From positions 2,688,001 to 2,752,000 of the forward strand of contig OY729431.1 of NCBI GenBank assembly GCA_963422395.1: 64,000 bases of DNA, read 5' to 3'. Positions 28,935-38,500 of the stretch are shown piece by piece (the stretch's first letter is position 1; every line of letters begins with the position of its first letter). Below the pieces are notes generated by a model. The model made no database searches. It saw only the letters and a program-made list of their open reading frames with translations, and was not told the origin of the DNA. A program made the position numbers and the translations under genes. The stretch is from Vicinamibacteria bacterium. Lineage in GTDB: Bacteria; Acidobacteriota; Vicinamibacteria; Marinacidobacterales; Marinacidobacteraceae.

Positions 28935-31782
28935 TCGAGTCGATGGTCCCGTTGTAGTTGCCGTAGTTCTCATGGTTGAGAAGGTTGAAAACTTCAGCGA
29001 TCGCAGAGACTCTCACCGGTCCCAAGTTGAAGATCTTCGAGAGGCGGAAGTCGACCTTGTGAAGCGCTTCGCCCTTCAGCGCATGCCTCGGCGCCTCGTT
29101 GCCGGGGCCGGTCCCGATCGTGGAGGGTCCGTCGAAGCGAGGCAGAATGTCCGGATTCACGGGGATCGGATCTCCGAGATTCAGGCGATTGGTGCTCGCC
29201 GTCTTTCCGTACGGCCGGCCCCCGACTGAAGTCCGGTAGCGGTTTCCGGAGCCGAAGAAGTACGCGCCCGAGATCGAGAAGTCGTACGGGAGCTGGTAGA
29301 TCCCATTGATACGGAAAGTGTTCCGCTGAAGATCGAGCGCGTTGCTCCATTCGGCGTCCAGGTCGAATGTGTTGTTGGGGAAGTCGAACCAGCCGCGAGT
29401 GTCATCACGCTTGAAGAAGATGACGGTGTGCGTCATGTTGACTTGGAAGTTGTCCCGGAACCGGCGGCGTAGCCCGCTGGAGAGCGCCAGGTAGTCCTGC
29501 TTTCCCGTGCTCTCGATGTAGCGGATTTGAGTGAAGTTGGGATCCAACCGGCCAGGCACGGTGTAGCCCGTCACCGGATCGAAGATCTGATTCGGATCAG
29601 TGGCTCGGGGGGTGTTGTACTCCTTCCAATGGAGCAGATCGGTTTCGAATCCCCACACCGTGCCGAGCTGCTTTTGGAAACCGATCGAGGTTTGCCAGGT
29701 GTAGGGCATGGCGAAATCGTGAGCGATCGTCCGTGGCGCCTGCGGCGGCACCGGCACTTCGCCGTTCAGGATCTGCTGCGGTGTCACTCCCCGGGTGGGA
29801 TCTTGCAAGAAGCCGGGCATCCCGTCGTTCGGGAACGAGTTCACCAGAATGCGCTGGCCGTTGAAGGATTGCTGGCTGAACGTCACATTCGACGAGCTGA
29901 TCGTGTGATAGATGCCCGACCCGCCGCGAATCACCAGATCGCCGCTGCCACCGACGTCGTATGCGAATCCGCCTCGAGGCGCGATGTTGTTCGTGTCGCG
30001 AATGTCCCACTTGAACAGGGAGTCTCCCGCTCCCCGGCCCGCACTCGATCCAGCGAACGGGGTCTGGATGTCGTTGCCCGGTGGGGCCAAAGCACCCCAG
30101 TCCAGATCGTAGCGGAGGCCGAAATTCAGGACCAGGTTGTCGTTCACCCGCCAGGTGTCGCCGGCCCAGGCGGCAAATGTAGGCCGGGGGATATCGATGA
30201 TCCAGTTACCGACGTTCTGACTGAATCTCGCGACCGTCGCGTCGAGCCCGCTCACATCCCAGCAGCTCGGAGTGGTGGCGCACTCCTGCGGGAAACGGCG
30301 TTCGAGATCAGCGGGGCGTTCGTTGAAGATGAATTCGCCCCTTTCGAGAAGATGCCACTCGCCGCCGTCCTTCCAGCTCAGGAACTCCGCGCCGAGCTTC
30401 AGGTCATGTTCCGTCTTGTTCCAGTTCAACTGAAAACGGGTGGAGAGAACATCCTGAGTGAACAATTGTGGGTAATTTCGCGGCCCACCGAATGTGATCC
30501 CGGGAAAGACATAGTTCGGTTGACAGTTCGATTGATCGATCTGCGCTACGCCGAAAGACTGATCACAACCGCCAACCGAACCATCGGCCAGCGAGTTCGT
30601 CCACTCGAAGCCGTTGTAGCCGACTTTCAGCTCGGTAAAGACCTGGGGGCTCAACAGACGACTCCAGGTGGCGAGAACGTTCAGGGAATCCTGCGTTCGC
30701 GCCCGGGCGTTCGAGGGGTGCTGTGAGCTCGTCATGGAGAACGCGGTTTCGAAGTCCCAGTAGGAGACCCGGTAGGAGAGCTGATCGCTGTCGGAGGCGG
30801 TGTGGTCCACGCGGGCGGTGAAGCTGTTCTGCGCTTCTGGCGTATCGAACACCCATTCCTGATTCGGGAGGCGAGCCGGCTGGACGAAAACGCTGGCCGG
30901 CTGTCGCTCGTACTCGTAAGACACGAAGTAATGGATCTTGTCGAGGACGAGGGGGCCGCCGAGCACTCCACCCGCCTGCTGATTCTCGAACGGCAGCACT
31001 TTTTTCGCGATGTGGTCCTCGGCGTTGAAGCGATCGTCACGGAAATACCCGTAGAGGCTGCCGGTGAAGTCGTTCGTCCCGGAGCGGGTGATGGCGTTCA
31101 CCTGACCTCCGGAGGATCGGCCCTGGGTAACGTCGAATTGATTCGTGACGATCTGGAACTCGGCGATGGCCTCACGGCTGAACTTGGGTTGACCGAAGCC
31201 GGAACTCGCCACCTGCTGGGTGATCTGCTGACCGTCCAGATTGAGCTGGAAACTTTCGTCGCGAGTGATGCCCGGGCGATTGTTGTTGGTGTCGTTGGCA
31301 GTGATGCCCTTCACCAACAGGGCGAGCTCCATCCAGTTGCGTCCTTGCACCGGCAAATCGTCCATCATGCGGCGATCCACATTGCCGGCTACTTCTGACG
31401 ACACCAGATCCACGAGGGGTGATTCCGCGGTGACGGTGATCGTTTCCTCGACCCCCGCGAGCGCCATCTGGATCGTGATGCTGGCGTTTTGGCCTACCAG
31501 GAGCTCGATCTCCGGGAGGACCATGTTGGCGAAGCCGGATAGCGTCGCTTCCACTCGGTAGGTTCCAGGCGGCAAGGTGGGCACCCGGAACACACCTGAG
31601 CCATCGGTCACGGCCAAGACCTGCCGCCCCGTGCTGTTTTCCACGGCCATGACCGTCACCCCGGGTAGAGCGCCTCCGGAAGTGTCTTCCACGGTCCCGG
31701 AGAGGGTCGCGGACTCCTGTGCCAGGGCGGCCAGGGGCAGCAATAGAAAACTCGCAAGCAGGAGCGCGGCCACGCGGTGCAT
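28924..31782 (-). pseudogene. Oar-like TonB-dependent receptor with carboxypeptidase-regulatory N-domain, C-terminally disrupted by IS5
   Basis: Signal peptide, GTVEDTSGGALPGVTV, TRSGTNDFTGS, NIAPRGGFAYD, EVFNLLNH. The ORF now stops inside the IS end. Confidence 0.88.
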
Positions 31783-31947
31783 GAGATTCTCCTTACTTCT
31801 ATGGGTACCTCAGCCAGGGATCAGAGCATGAAGCGCCAGATTGGAGGAAGCCCGACCCCTCAGGACGCACAGGGAACGTACGGATGAGCATGCGGCTCGG
31901 TGAGCAAGAGCAAAACGATCTTCAAGGAACAGGCTATATATGATGCG

Positions 31948-31963
31948 AGCAAGATCTGTGCCG
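31948..31963 (-). promoter_or_regulatory. Sigma54 (-24/-12) promoter for the TonB receptor
   Basis: CGGCACAGATCTTGCT, i.e. GG-N10-GC, with an AT-rich tract just upstream. Confidence 0.65.
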
Positions 31964-32139
31964 CCATTTCCGTGGCGGATATTTCAATAAAACCAACCTG
32001 AATCGAAGAATTGCAGTGTCGCTCCTTCCTCCGCGTCTTTATCGGAACGCTTGCTTGGATCGTTCGTTCCACGCGATTGGACGTCGGAGATCGGAAACCC
32101 ACGCGCAACTGTGTTCTGGCGAGCGACCCCCGGACCGGC

Positions 32140-32360
32140 CGTTCCCCGCTGCGGCAGCCCGCTCTCGCCCTCGCCGATCCGCCTGGTTTCCCTGGTGACG
32201 ATCTGGTGGGCGTTGCGGAAGCCCGCGGCCGCGTTCACCGTCTCGGCTGGAATTCCGCCGTCCCGAAAGGAAGAAGCCGACTTCGTCTCGATAGCCGGTG
32301 GGAAGGGTCCAAACGCGCCCGCGCGCTCCAAAGCCATCGAGAAATCGACCCCTCCGACCC
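32140..32360 (-). pseudogene. Gene remnant, possibly the C-terminus of an AAA+/DUF4143-type protein
   Basis: VDF..LERAG...AIETKS resembles the (E)VDF...IEVKS nuclease-fold tail; third positions are GC-biased; no intact start. Confidence 0.3.
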
Positions 32361-32618
32361 GATGGACCCGCACCCCCACCCGTCGAGCACTCGGCAGTTC
32401 CCTCCCGGGCGGTGCTTTTCGCAGGCTCGTGCGCCCCACCTGTCTCGCGAACCGCTTGCCCCCGAAAACTCCACTACGGGGCAACCTCCCTCACCCGCAG
32501 GGAACCCCGAACAGCCGCTCGACGGCTCCTACTCCCCGATCCGGGGCGCCTGTCCCCGTCTTTTGCGTTGCCCCTCCTTTCCCTGCTACTTTCCGGGCGA
32601 GAAGCTCCGAGAACACCG

Positions 32619-34682
32619 TTGCCGATCCGTCAGCTAGCGCTCGTCCTCCTTCTGTCGGCGGCCGCAGCCTCCGCCGACGATCGAGTGGAAAAGCTCACTG
32701 TCGAACACCGCCGATGGCTGCAAGAAGAGGTGACCTACATCATCACCGAACGGGAAGCGGACGTCTTCGTCTCGCTCGGTACGGTGGAGGAGCGCAACCG
32801 ATTCATGGAAGCGTTCTGGAGAAAACGCGACTCGATACCTGGCACTCCCGCGAACGAGTTTCAGGAAGAACACTACCGCCGTCTCGAGTACGCCAACCAT
32901 CAGCTCCAGGGCGAAGCCTTCGCGCCCGGGTGGAAGACGGACCGGGGCCGGATGTACATCATCCTGGGGCCACCTCGAGGCATCGAGACGTTCGACAACT
33001 ACAACAATCTCTATACGAGCGAATTGTGGTTCTATCAGGGAAACCGATACAAGAATCTGCCGTCCTTCTTCTATCTGCTCTTCTTCAAGAAGCAGGATGC
33101 GGCTCGATATCGCCTGTTCACTCCGGGAGTCGACACTCCGGGAGATCTGCTCCGCGGTCCCGCGCGCTCGTTTCCCGCACACGACATGGAGCAACTCCTC
33201 CAGATTTCGCCCGAGCTGGCGCGGGCATCGCTCGCAGTCGACGCATCGGAGCCCATAGACATCATGCGAGGCAACGTCGGTCTCGGGTCCGAGCTCGCCA
33301 TCGCGCGAATCGAAGCGTCACCGACGTACGCGATCCGCACCGACTACCTCGACACCTGGGAACGCTACGGCAACCGGGTTGCTTCGGAGTATTCGTTCAA
33401 CTTCGTACCCAGCCAGAGCAGCTTCGCGGTACTCATCGGCCCGGATCGCACGACCTATCTCCATTTCAGCACCGAACTCGACCTGCGGGACCTCGGCATG
33501 GAAACGGATCCCGATGGATCGCGCTCATACACGACGCTCGACGCCAGCCTGGAAGTACGGGACCGGAAAGGCAATCTGATCCTGATGGACGATAGAGAGG
33601 CATTTCTCCAACTCGAACGGTCGCAACTGGACGCAATCCAGGGATCGAAGTTCGCCTACCAGGACGGCGTTCCTCTGGTGCCGGGAGACTACGAAGTGAT
33701 GTTGATTCTTCGCAACCGGGTGTCCCATCAATACACGGTGGCAGAGCACGCGGTTCGCGTCGCCGACCATTCCTTCGATCGACCGGCGCTGAGCGATATC
33801 GTGGTCGGTTTCCGCACCGAAGTGATGCCAGACGGGCACGACGCGTTCAAAACTTTCCAAGCCGGTTCCGCGCGAGTCCACCCGGCCGCTGGCGGAGCTT
33901 TTGCCGCCGGCGAAACCGTGCACTTCGTTTTTCAGGTGCTCTCCGCCGATCCGTCGCACGAATTGAACTTCGCTCTCCTCCGTGGAGGAGAGGTCGTGGC
34001 GGAGCGAACCCGCCGCGTCCTCGAGACGGAGCCGGCTCTCACCGAGGAGCAGTTCAGCTCGCACGACGCGATTCCCGATCGATATGAGCTCCGAGTTCGC
34101 CTTCAGGACGCTCAAGAGCGCGTGCTGGCCGAGAAATCAGCGCCGCTCCAGATTTCTCCACGAGCCAGTATTCTCAGGGCCGGGTTGTTCGCTCGCCGGA
34201 GCTTCGATTCGGACGAGCGCGCCCTGCTTTCGGTCATCCTCGGGGACCAGCACTGGGCCATGGGGAACTTCACCGAAGCGGAACGCTTCTTCGAGCGTGC
34301 CGTGTCGGAAGAAGATCCGGAGGTCCCGCAAGCCCAATGGAAACTCGCCGCTTCGTATCTTCGCTCGGGGAAAGTGGAGTCGGCGTTGCGTCTTCTCCTG
34401 CCTCTCGAATTCGAGCATGCCGAGCGTTACGAGGTGGTCGTCGGCCTCGGTCTTGGCTTCTACATGAAAAAGAATCTGACGAGAGCCGTCGCTCACCTCG
34501 AGAAGGCGATCTCGCTCAGACCGCCACCGCCGGGCATGCTCAACACGCTGGGCGATGCGTACATTCAGTTGGGAGACATACAGAGCGCGCGTGACGTGTT
34601 CGAACGCTCCGTGGCCATGGACCCCGAACAGCCCGACATTCTAAAGCGCCTTGCCGAGCTCGTTTCCGGCAGTTCGAACTGA
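32619..34682 (+). CDS. GWxTD domain protein with C-terminal TPRs
   Basis: WLQEEVTYII, FWRKRD, NEFQEEHYRRLEYAN, GWKTDRGRMYIILGPP; signal peptide from TTG 32619 (start inferred). Confidence 0.88.
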   Translation: MPIRQLALVLLLSAAAASADDRVEKLTVEHRRWLQEEVTYIITEREADVFVSLGTVEERNRFMEAFWRKRDSIPGTPANEFQEEHYRRLEYANHQLQGEAFAPGWKTDRGRMYIILGPPRGIETFDNYNNLYTSELWFYQGNRYKNLPSFFYLLFFKKQDAARYRLFTPGVDTPGDLLRGPARSFPAHDMEQLLQISPELARASLAVDASEPIDIMRGNVGLGSELAIARIEASPTYAIRTDYLDTWERYGNRVASEYSFNFVPSQSSFAVLIGPDRTTYLHFSTELDLRDLGMETDPDGSRSYTTLDASLEVRDRKGNLILMDDREAFLQLERSQLDAIQGSKFAYQDGVPLVPGDYEVMLILRNRVSHQYTVAEHAVRVADHSFDRPALSDIVVGFRTEVMPDGHDAFKTFQAGSARVHPAAGGAFAAGETVHFVFQVLSADPSHELNFALLRGGEVVAERTRRVLETEPALTEEQFSSHDAIPDRYELRVRLQDAQERVLAEKSAPLQISPRASILRAGLFARRSFDSDERALLSVILGDQHWAMGNFTEAERFFERAVSEEDPEVPQAQWKLAASYLRSGKVESALRLLLPLEFEHAERYEVVVGLGLGFYMKKNLTRAVAHLEKAISLRPPPPGMLNTLGDAYIQLGDIQSARDVFERSVAMDPEQPDILKRLAELVSGSSN

Positions 34683-34700
34683 CACGATTGCGGAGGATGC

Positions 34701-37262
34701 ATGATGTCTAGAAGTCACAACCGGCGTGTGTTGCTACTACTCGCAGCCGCGATCGTCCTTGCCTCTGGAGGGTTCACCCAACCGACAGATAGCTATCCTG
34801 CGTCGCGCCAGGGCGGGAATTACATGCACAACTTCTACTTCCCTCCGGCACCGAGCTCGACTCCCTGGGCGCCGGACTGGTCTCCCGACGGAAAGTGGAT
34901 CGCGGTGGCGATGAGCGGGTCGATCTGGAGAGTCGATCCGGCGACGGGACAGGCTTGGGAACTCACCTACAACGAGAAATACCACTCCCTCCCCGATATC
35001 TCTCCAGACGGGAAGTGGCTGGTCTATACCGCCGACGACGGAGGGAGGACGATTCAGCTGGAGATCTTGAACCTCGAAACTGGCGAGGGCCACGCTCTCA
35101 CCACTGACGATCATATCTACGTCGACCCCGTTTTCTCTCCGGACGGGAGCCGGATCGCTTATGTGTCCACGAAGCCGAACGGCTACTTCAACGTATACGT
35201 ACGCGCGTTCGAGAACGGACGGTGGGCGGGAGAAGAGGTCGCCATCACGAGGGACAACAGCTACGGAAACAATCGGCTCTATTTCGGCGAATGGGACATG
35301 GCAATCACACCGACCTGGCTTCCGGGCAGTGGCGAGCTCCTCATCATTTCCAACCGTGGAGTGCCGCTCGGTTCCGGAAACGTACTGCGAGTTCCAGCGG
35401 AGGAGGACGGAATCCTGACGGCGAGGACGGTGCTGTCCGAGCAGACGCTCTATCGGACTCGACCGGACGTCTCCGCGGATGGGAAGCGATTCATCTACTC
35501 GTCGACTGCGGGAGCTGCAGATCAGTTCAGCAACCTCTATGTGCAGCCGACGAATGGCGGCGAACCCTACAAGATGACCTTCCTAGATCACGACGCGTTC
35601 CACCCGAGGTTCTCACCGGATGGTGAATGGATCACCTACATCGCGAACAGAGACGGACTCCCGCAACTGGCACTTCTGGAGACTTATGGCGGCAAGCAGA
35701 TCACAGTTCAGGTCACCGACCGGCGCTGGCGGCGCTCGACAGGCATCCTCTCCGTTCGAACCACAGTAGCGGACTCGAACGGAGTCACCGGCTCGCGCGT
35801 GCACCTGACAGCGGCCGACGGCAAATTCTATGCTCCAGCGGACGCGTATGCGCGCCTGAGCGGCGTGAACGATCCGATGTTTCATCATGCGGGTGAATTT
35901 CGTGTGGAACTGCCCGTCGGCACCGTCCAGATGGAGATCGTCAAGGGATTCGAGTTCTGGCCGGTCCATGAGGAAGCAGAGATCGAGGCAGGAGAAGTTC
36001 ATCACATGACAGTCGAGCTCCAGAGAATGACGGACATGGCAGCCAAAGGCTGGTACGGCGGCTCGACGCACGTGCACATGAACTACGCGGGGAACCTGCA
36101 CAACACGCTCGATAACCTGATGATGATGTCGGAGGCCGAAGACCAGGACATCGTCCTCGAACAGGTCGCCAACAAGGACAATCGAATCCTCGATTATCAG
36201 TTCTTCGTCCCTGGTGGTGGAGCGCATCCGATTTCGACGGAAGACCGCATACTCGTCGTGGGTCAGGAGTATCGCCCCCCGTTCTACGGGCATGTTTTCA
36301 TGTTCGGCTTGAGAGACCACCTCATCTCACCCTTCACGACGGGATACGAAGGAACCGCCATCGAGAGTTTGTATCCAAGCAACACCGACATGTTCCGAAA
36401 GGCGAAGGCACAGGGTGCAACCGTAGGCTATGTGCATGCGTTCGGCGGCGATAACGATCCGTTGGATGGAAACCTTGGCGGCGGGAAGGGTTACATGGTG
36501 GATGCCGCTCTCGAAACGACGGACGCGGTGGAGTGGTCTCAGGCGTCGCGCGCGGGCTTCTATCCGTGGTATGCGACGTTGAACAACGGGCTGAGAGTTA
36601 CTGCAACAGGCGGAGAAGACTCCATCAGCAATCTCCATCGGAGCAAGCTCGTTGGCTCGGTGAGGACGTATGTCCATACCGGTGAGAAAGGGTTGACCAT
36701 GGAGGCGTGGTTCGAAGGACTTCGCAGCGGAAACGCGTTCGTCAGCACCGGACCGCTCGTCGAGATGAAGGTGAACGGCCGCATTCCGGGCGAGGAAGTG
36801 GCGCTCACTTCGAGCGGCACGGTAGAACTCCAGGCAAGAGTGCGAAGCATCACGCCGCTCGAAAAGGCCTTCATCGTTTTCAACGGTGAGGTCATCGAGG
36901 AGATTCCGTTTACTGGAGAGCGCAGGGATCTCGACATGTCCAGGTCATATCCCGTCAGCCGCAGCGGTTGGTTCCACCTGCGAGTCGAAGGCAGGAACGA
37001 AGAGCGCTTTCCACTGGACGCGCACTTCGCTCTCGGATTCACCAATCCCGTTTGGGTGATCGTGGAGGGACAGCCGGTGCGCGACCGGGCGTCAGCCGAG
37101 TACTCGATCCGGTGGATCGACAAACTTCGAGCCCTGGCGGAAGAATGGCCGGGATGGCGCTCCGAGAGAGAACAGGCGCATGTGTTTGCGCAATTCGACG
37201 AAGCCCGAAGAATCTATCGGGGCTTTCTCGAAGAAGCTTCGCGAACGGAGGGGTCCAACTGA
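34701..37262 (+). CDS. TolB-like beta-propeller fused to a PHP-like (CehA/McbA-type) metallohydrolase
   Basis: PD40 repeats (WSPDGKWI, FSPDGSRIAY); HVH, GQEYR..GH, YVH and GGED motifs. Confidence 0.82.
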   Translation: MMSRSHNRRVLLLLAAAIVLASGGFTQPTDSYPASRQGGNYMHNFYFPPAPSSTPWAPDWSPDGKWIAVAMSGSIWRVDPATGQAWELTYNEKYHSLPDISPDGKWLVYTADDGGRTIQLEILNLETGEGHALTTDDHIYVDPVFSPDGSRIAYVSTKPNGYFNVYVRAFENGRWAGEEVAITRDNSYGNNRLYFGEWDMAITPTWLPGSGELLIISNRGVPLGSGNVLRVPAEEDGILTARTVLSEQTLYRTRPDVSADGKRFIYSSTAGAADQFSNLYVQPTNGGEPYKMTFLDHDAFHPRFSPDGEWITYIANRDGLPQLALLETYGGKQITVQVTDRRWRRSTGILSVRTTVADSNGVTGSRVHLTAADGKFYAPADAYARLSGVNDPMFHHAGEFRVELPVGTVQMEIVKGFEFWPVHEEAEIEAGEVHHMTVELQRMTDMAAKGWYGGSTHVHMNYAGNLHNTLDNLMMMSEAEDQDIVLEQVANKDNRILDYQFFVPGGGAHPISTEDRILVVGQEYRPPFYGHVFMFGLRDHLISPFTTGYEGTAIESLYPSNTDMFRKAKAQGATVGYVHAFGGDNDPLDGNLGGGKGYMVDAALETTDAVEWSQASRAGFYPWYATLNNGLRVTATGGEDSISNLHRSKLVGSVRTYVHTGEKGLTMEAWFEGLRSGNAFVSTGPLVEMKVNGRIPGEEVALTSSGTVELQARVRSITPLEKAFIVFNGEVIEEIPFTGERRDLDMSRSYPVSRSGWFHLRVEGRNEERFPLDAHFALGFTNPVWVIVEGQPVRDRASAEYSIRWIDKLRALAEEWPGWRSEREQAHVFAQFDEARRIYRGFLEEASRTEGSN

Positions 37263-37326
37263 TCTCATCGCAGGCGGCGAATTCCCGAATTTTGCCGGAG
37301 GGCCGCGTATGCATCGAGTGCGCCAA

Positions 37327-37542
37327 CGGGAGAACTTGATGCCGGTGCTGGAGAACCTGGTGTACGAGGAAGCGATGCGCGTCTGGGAACACGGAACCTC
37401 GTGCCGCGAAGAATTCGGAACACACGAGGAGATCCGGAACGTGCTGGATTCCGCCGTGCTGGATGCGGCTTTCGACCTCGACATCCATCTCCGCCACCTG
37501 GACCTGATCTTCGATCGGATGTTCTCCGAGGAGCCGGGGTGA
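37327..37542 (+). pseudogene. purB: Internally deleted purB 3' duplicate
   Basis: ENLMPVLEN|LVYEEAM|RVWEHGTS..FSEEPG matches purB with 120-bp and 117-bp deletions. Confidence 0.9.
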
Positions 37543-37633
37543 CCCACCGGATCCGGGTGCTGGTCCGGCTGCGTCCGCAGATCTACGACCCGCAGGGGGA
37601 GGCGATCCGCCGCGCGCTGGTCGGTTCCGGCGC
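37327..37633 (+). repeat. Right copy of the purB3'-purS5' direct repeat
   Basis: Aligns by eye with 27052-27594. Confidence 0.88.
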
Positions 37634-37799
37634 CGACGGAGTGCGCTCGGTGCGGCAGGGCAAGATGTTCGAGCTGGAGATCACCGCATCCACGACGGCC
37701 GAAGCGGAAACGAAAGCCCGGGAGGTCGCCGGTCGAGTGCTGGCGAACCCCGTGCTCGAAGATTTCACCGTCGAGGTGCTCGCGGGCTGTTCTGGCTGA
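37539..37799 (+). CDS. purS: FGAM synthase subunit PurS
   Basis: VRLRPQIYDPQGEAI, VRQGKMFEL, LANPVLEDF; GTG start. Confidence 0.95.
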   Translation: MTHRIRVLVRLRPQIYDPQGEAIRRALVGSGADGVRSVRQGKMFELEITASTTAEAETKAREVAGRVLANPVLEDFTVEVLAGCSG

Positions 37800-38500
37800 T
37801 GCCCCGCCACCGGTTCGCGGTCCTCGTTTTTCCCGGGACGAATTGCGAGAGGGATGTCCTCGAAGCGCTCCGTACCGTGACCCGACAGGACGCCGAACTC
37901 GTCTGGCACCAGGAGGGGTCGCTCGCCGGCTTCGACGCCGCGGTCGTTCCCGGAGGCTTCGCCCACGGCGACTACCTCCGGGCCGGCGGTCTGGCACGCT
38001 TTTCCCCGGTGATGGCGCCGCTCTCCGCGATGGCCGGTTCGGGCCGGCCGGTGATCGGTATCTGCAACGGCTTCCAGATCCTCCAGGAAGCTCGGCTCCT
38101 TCCAGGCGCGATGCTGCGAAACCGCTCGCTCACCTATGTCTGCCGGGATGTGTGGATTCGGGCGGAAGACCGGAACTCGCCGCTCACCGCCGCGCTCGAA
38201 GAGGGAGACAAGCTGCGGATCCCCGTCGGCCATGCCGAGGGCAACTTCTTCGCGGACGACGAGGAACTGGAAGCCCTCGAGTCCGGGCAGCAGGTCCTCT
38301 TTCGCTATTGCGACGAAGCGGGCAGGACCCGTGACGGAACGAATCCGAACGGATCGCGGAACGGCATCGCCGGAGTCCGCAACCGGCGCGGCAATGTCGC
38401 AGCGCTCATGCCCCACCCCGACCGGGCCTATGAATCGGTGCTCGGGAACACCGACGGCGTCCGGGTGTTCGACAGCCTGATCCGCTGGATGGAGTCATGA
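37799..38500 (+). CDS. purQ: FGAM synthase glutaminase subunit
   Basis: [30 protein letters not shown]. Confidence 0.96.
   Translation: MPRHRFAVLVFPGTNCERDVLEALRTVTRQDAELVWHQEGSLAGFDAAVVPGGFAHGDYLRAGGLARFSPVMAPLSAMAGSGRPVIGICNGFQILQEARLLPGAMLRNRSLTYVCRDVWIRAEDRNSPLTAALEEGDKLRIPVGHAEGNFFADDEELEALESGQQVLFRYCDEAGRTRDGTNPNGSRNGIAGVRNRRGNVAALMPHPDRAYESVLGNTDGVRVFDSLIRWMES

Noticed and set aside
27595-37326. Prophage, ICE or composite transposon
   Set aside because: No integrase, phage or transfer genes; the single IS inserted later, into a cargo gene.
37180-37542. 120-aa ORF as a functional small protein
   Set aside because: It is the deleted purB duplicate joined to out-of-frame upstream sequence. 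Expression is not formally excluded because both deletions are in frame.
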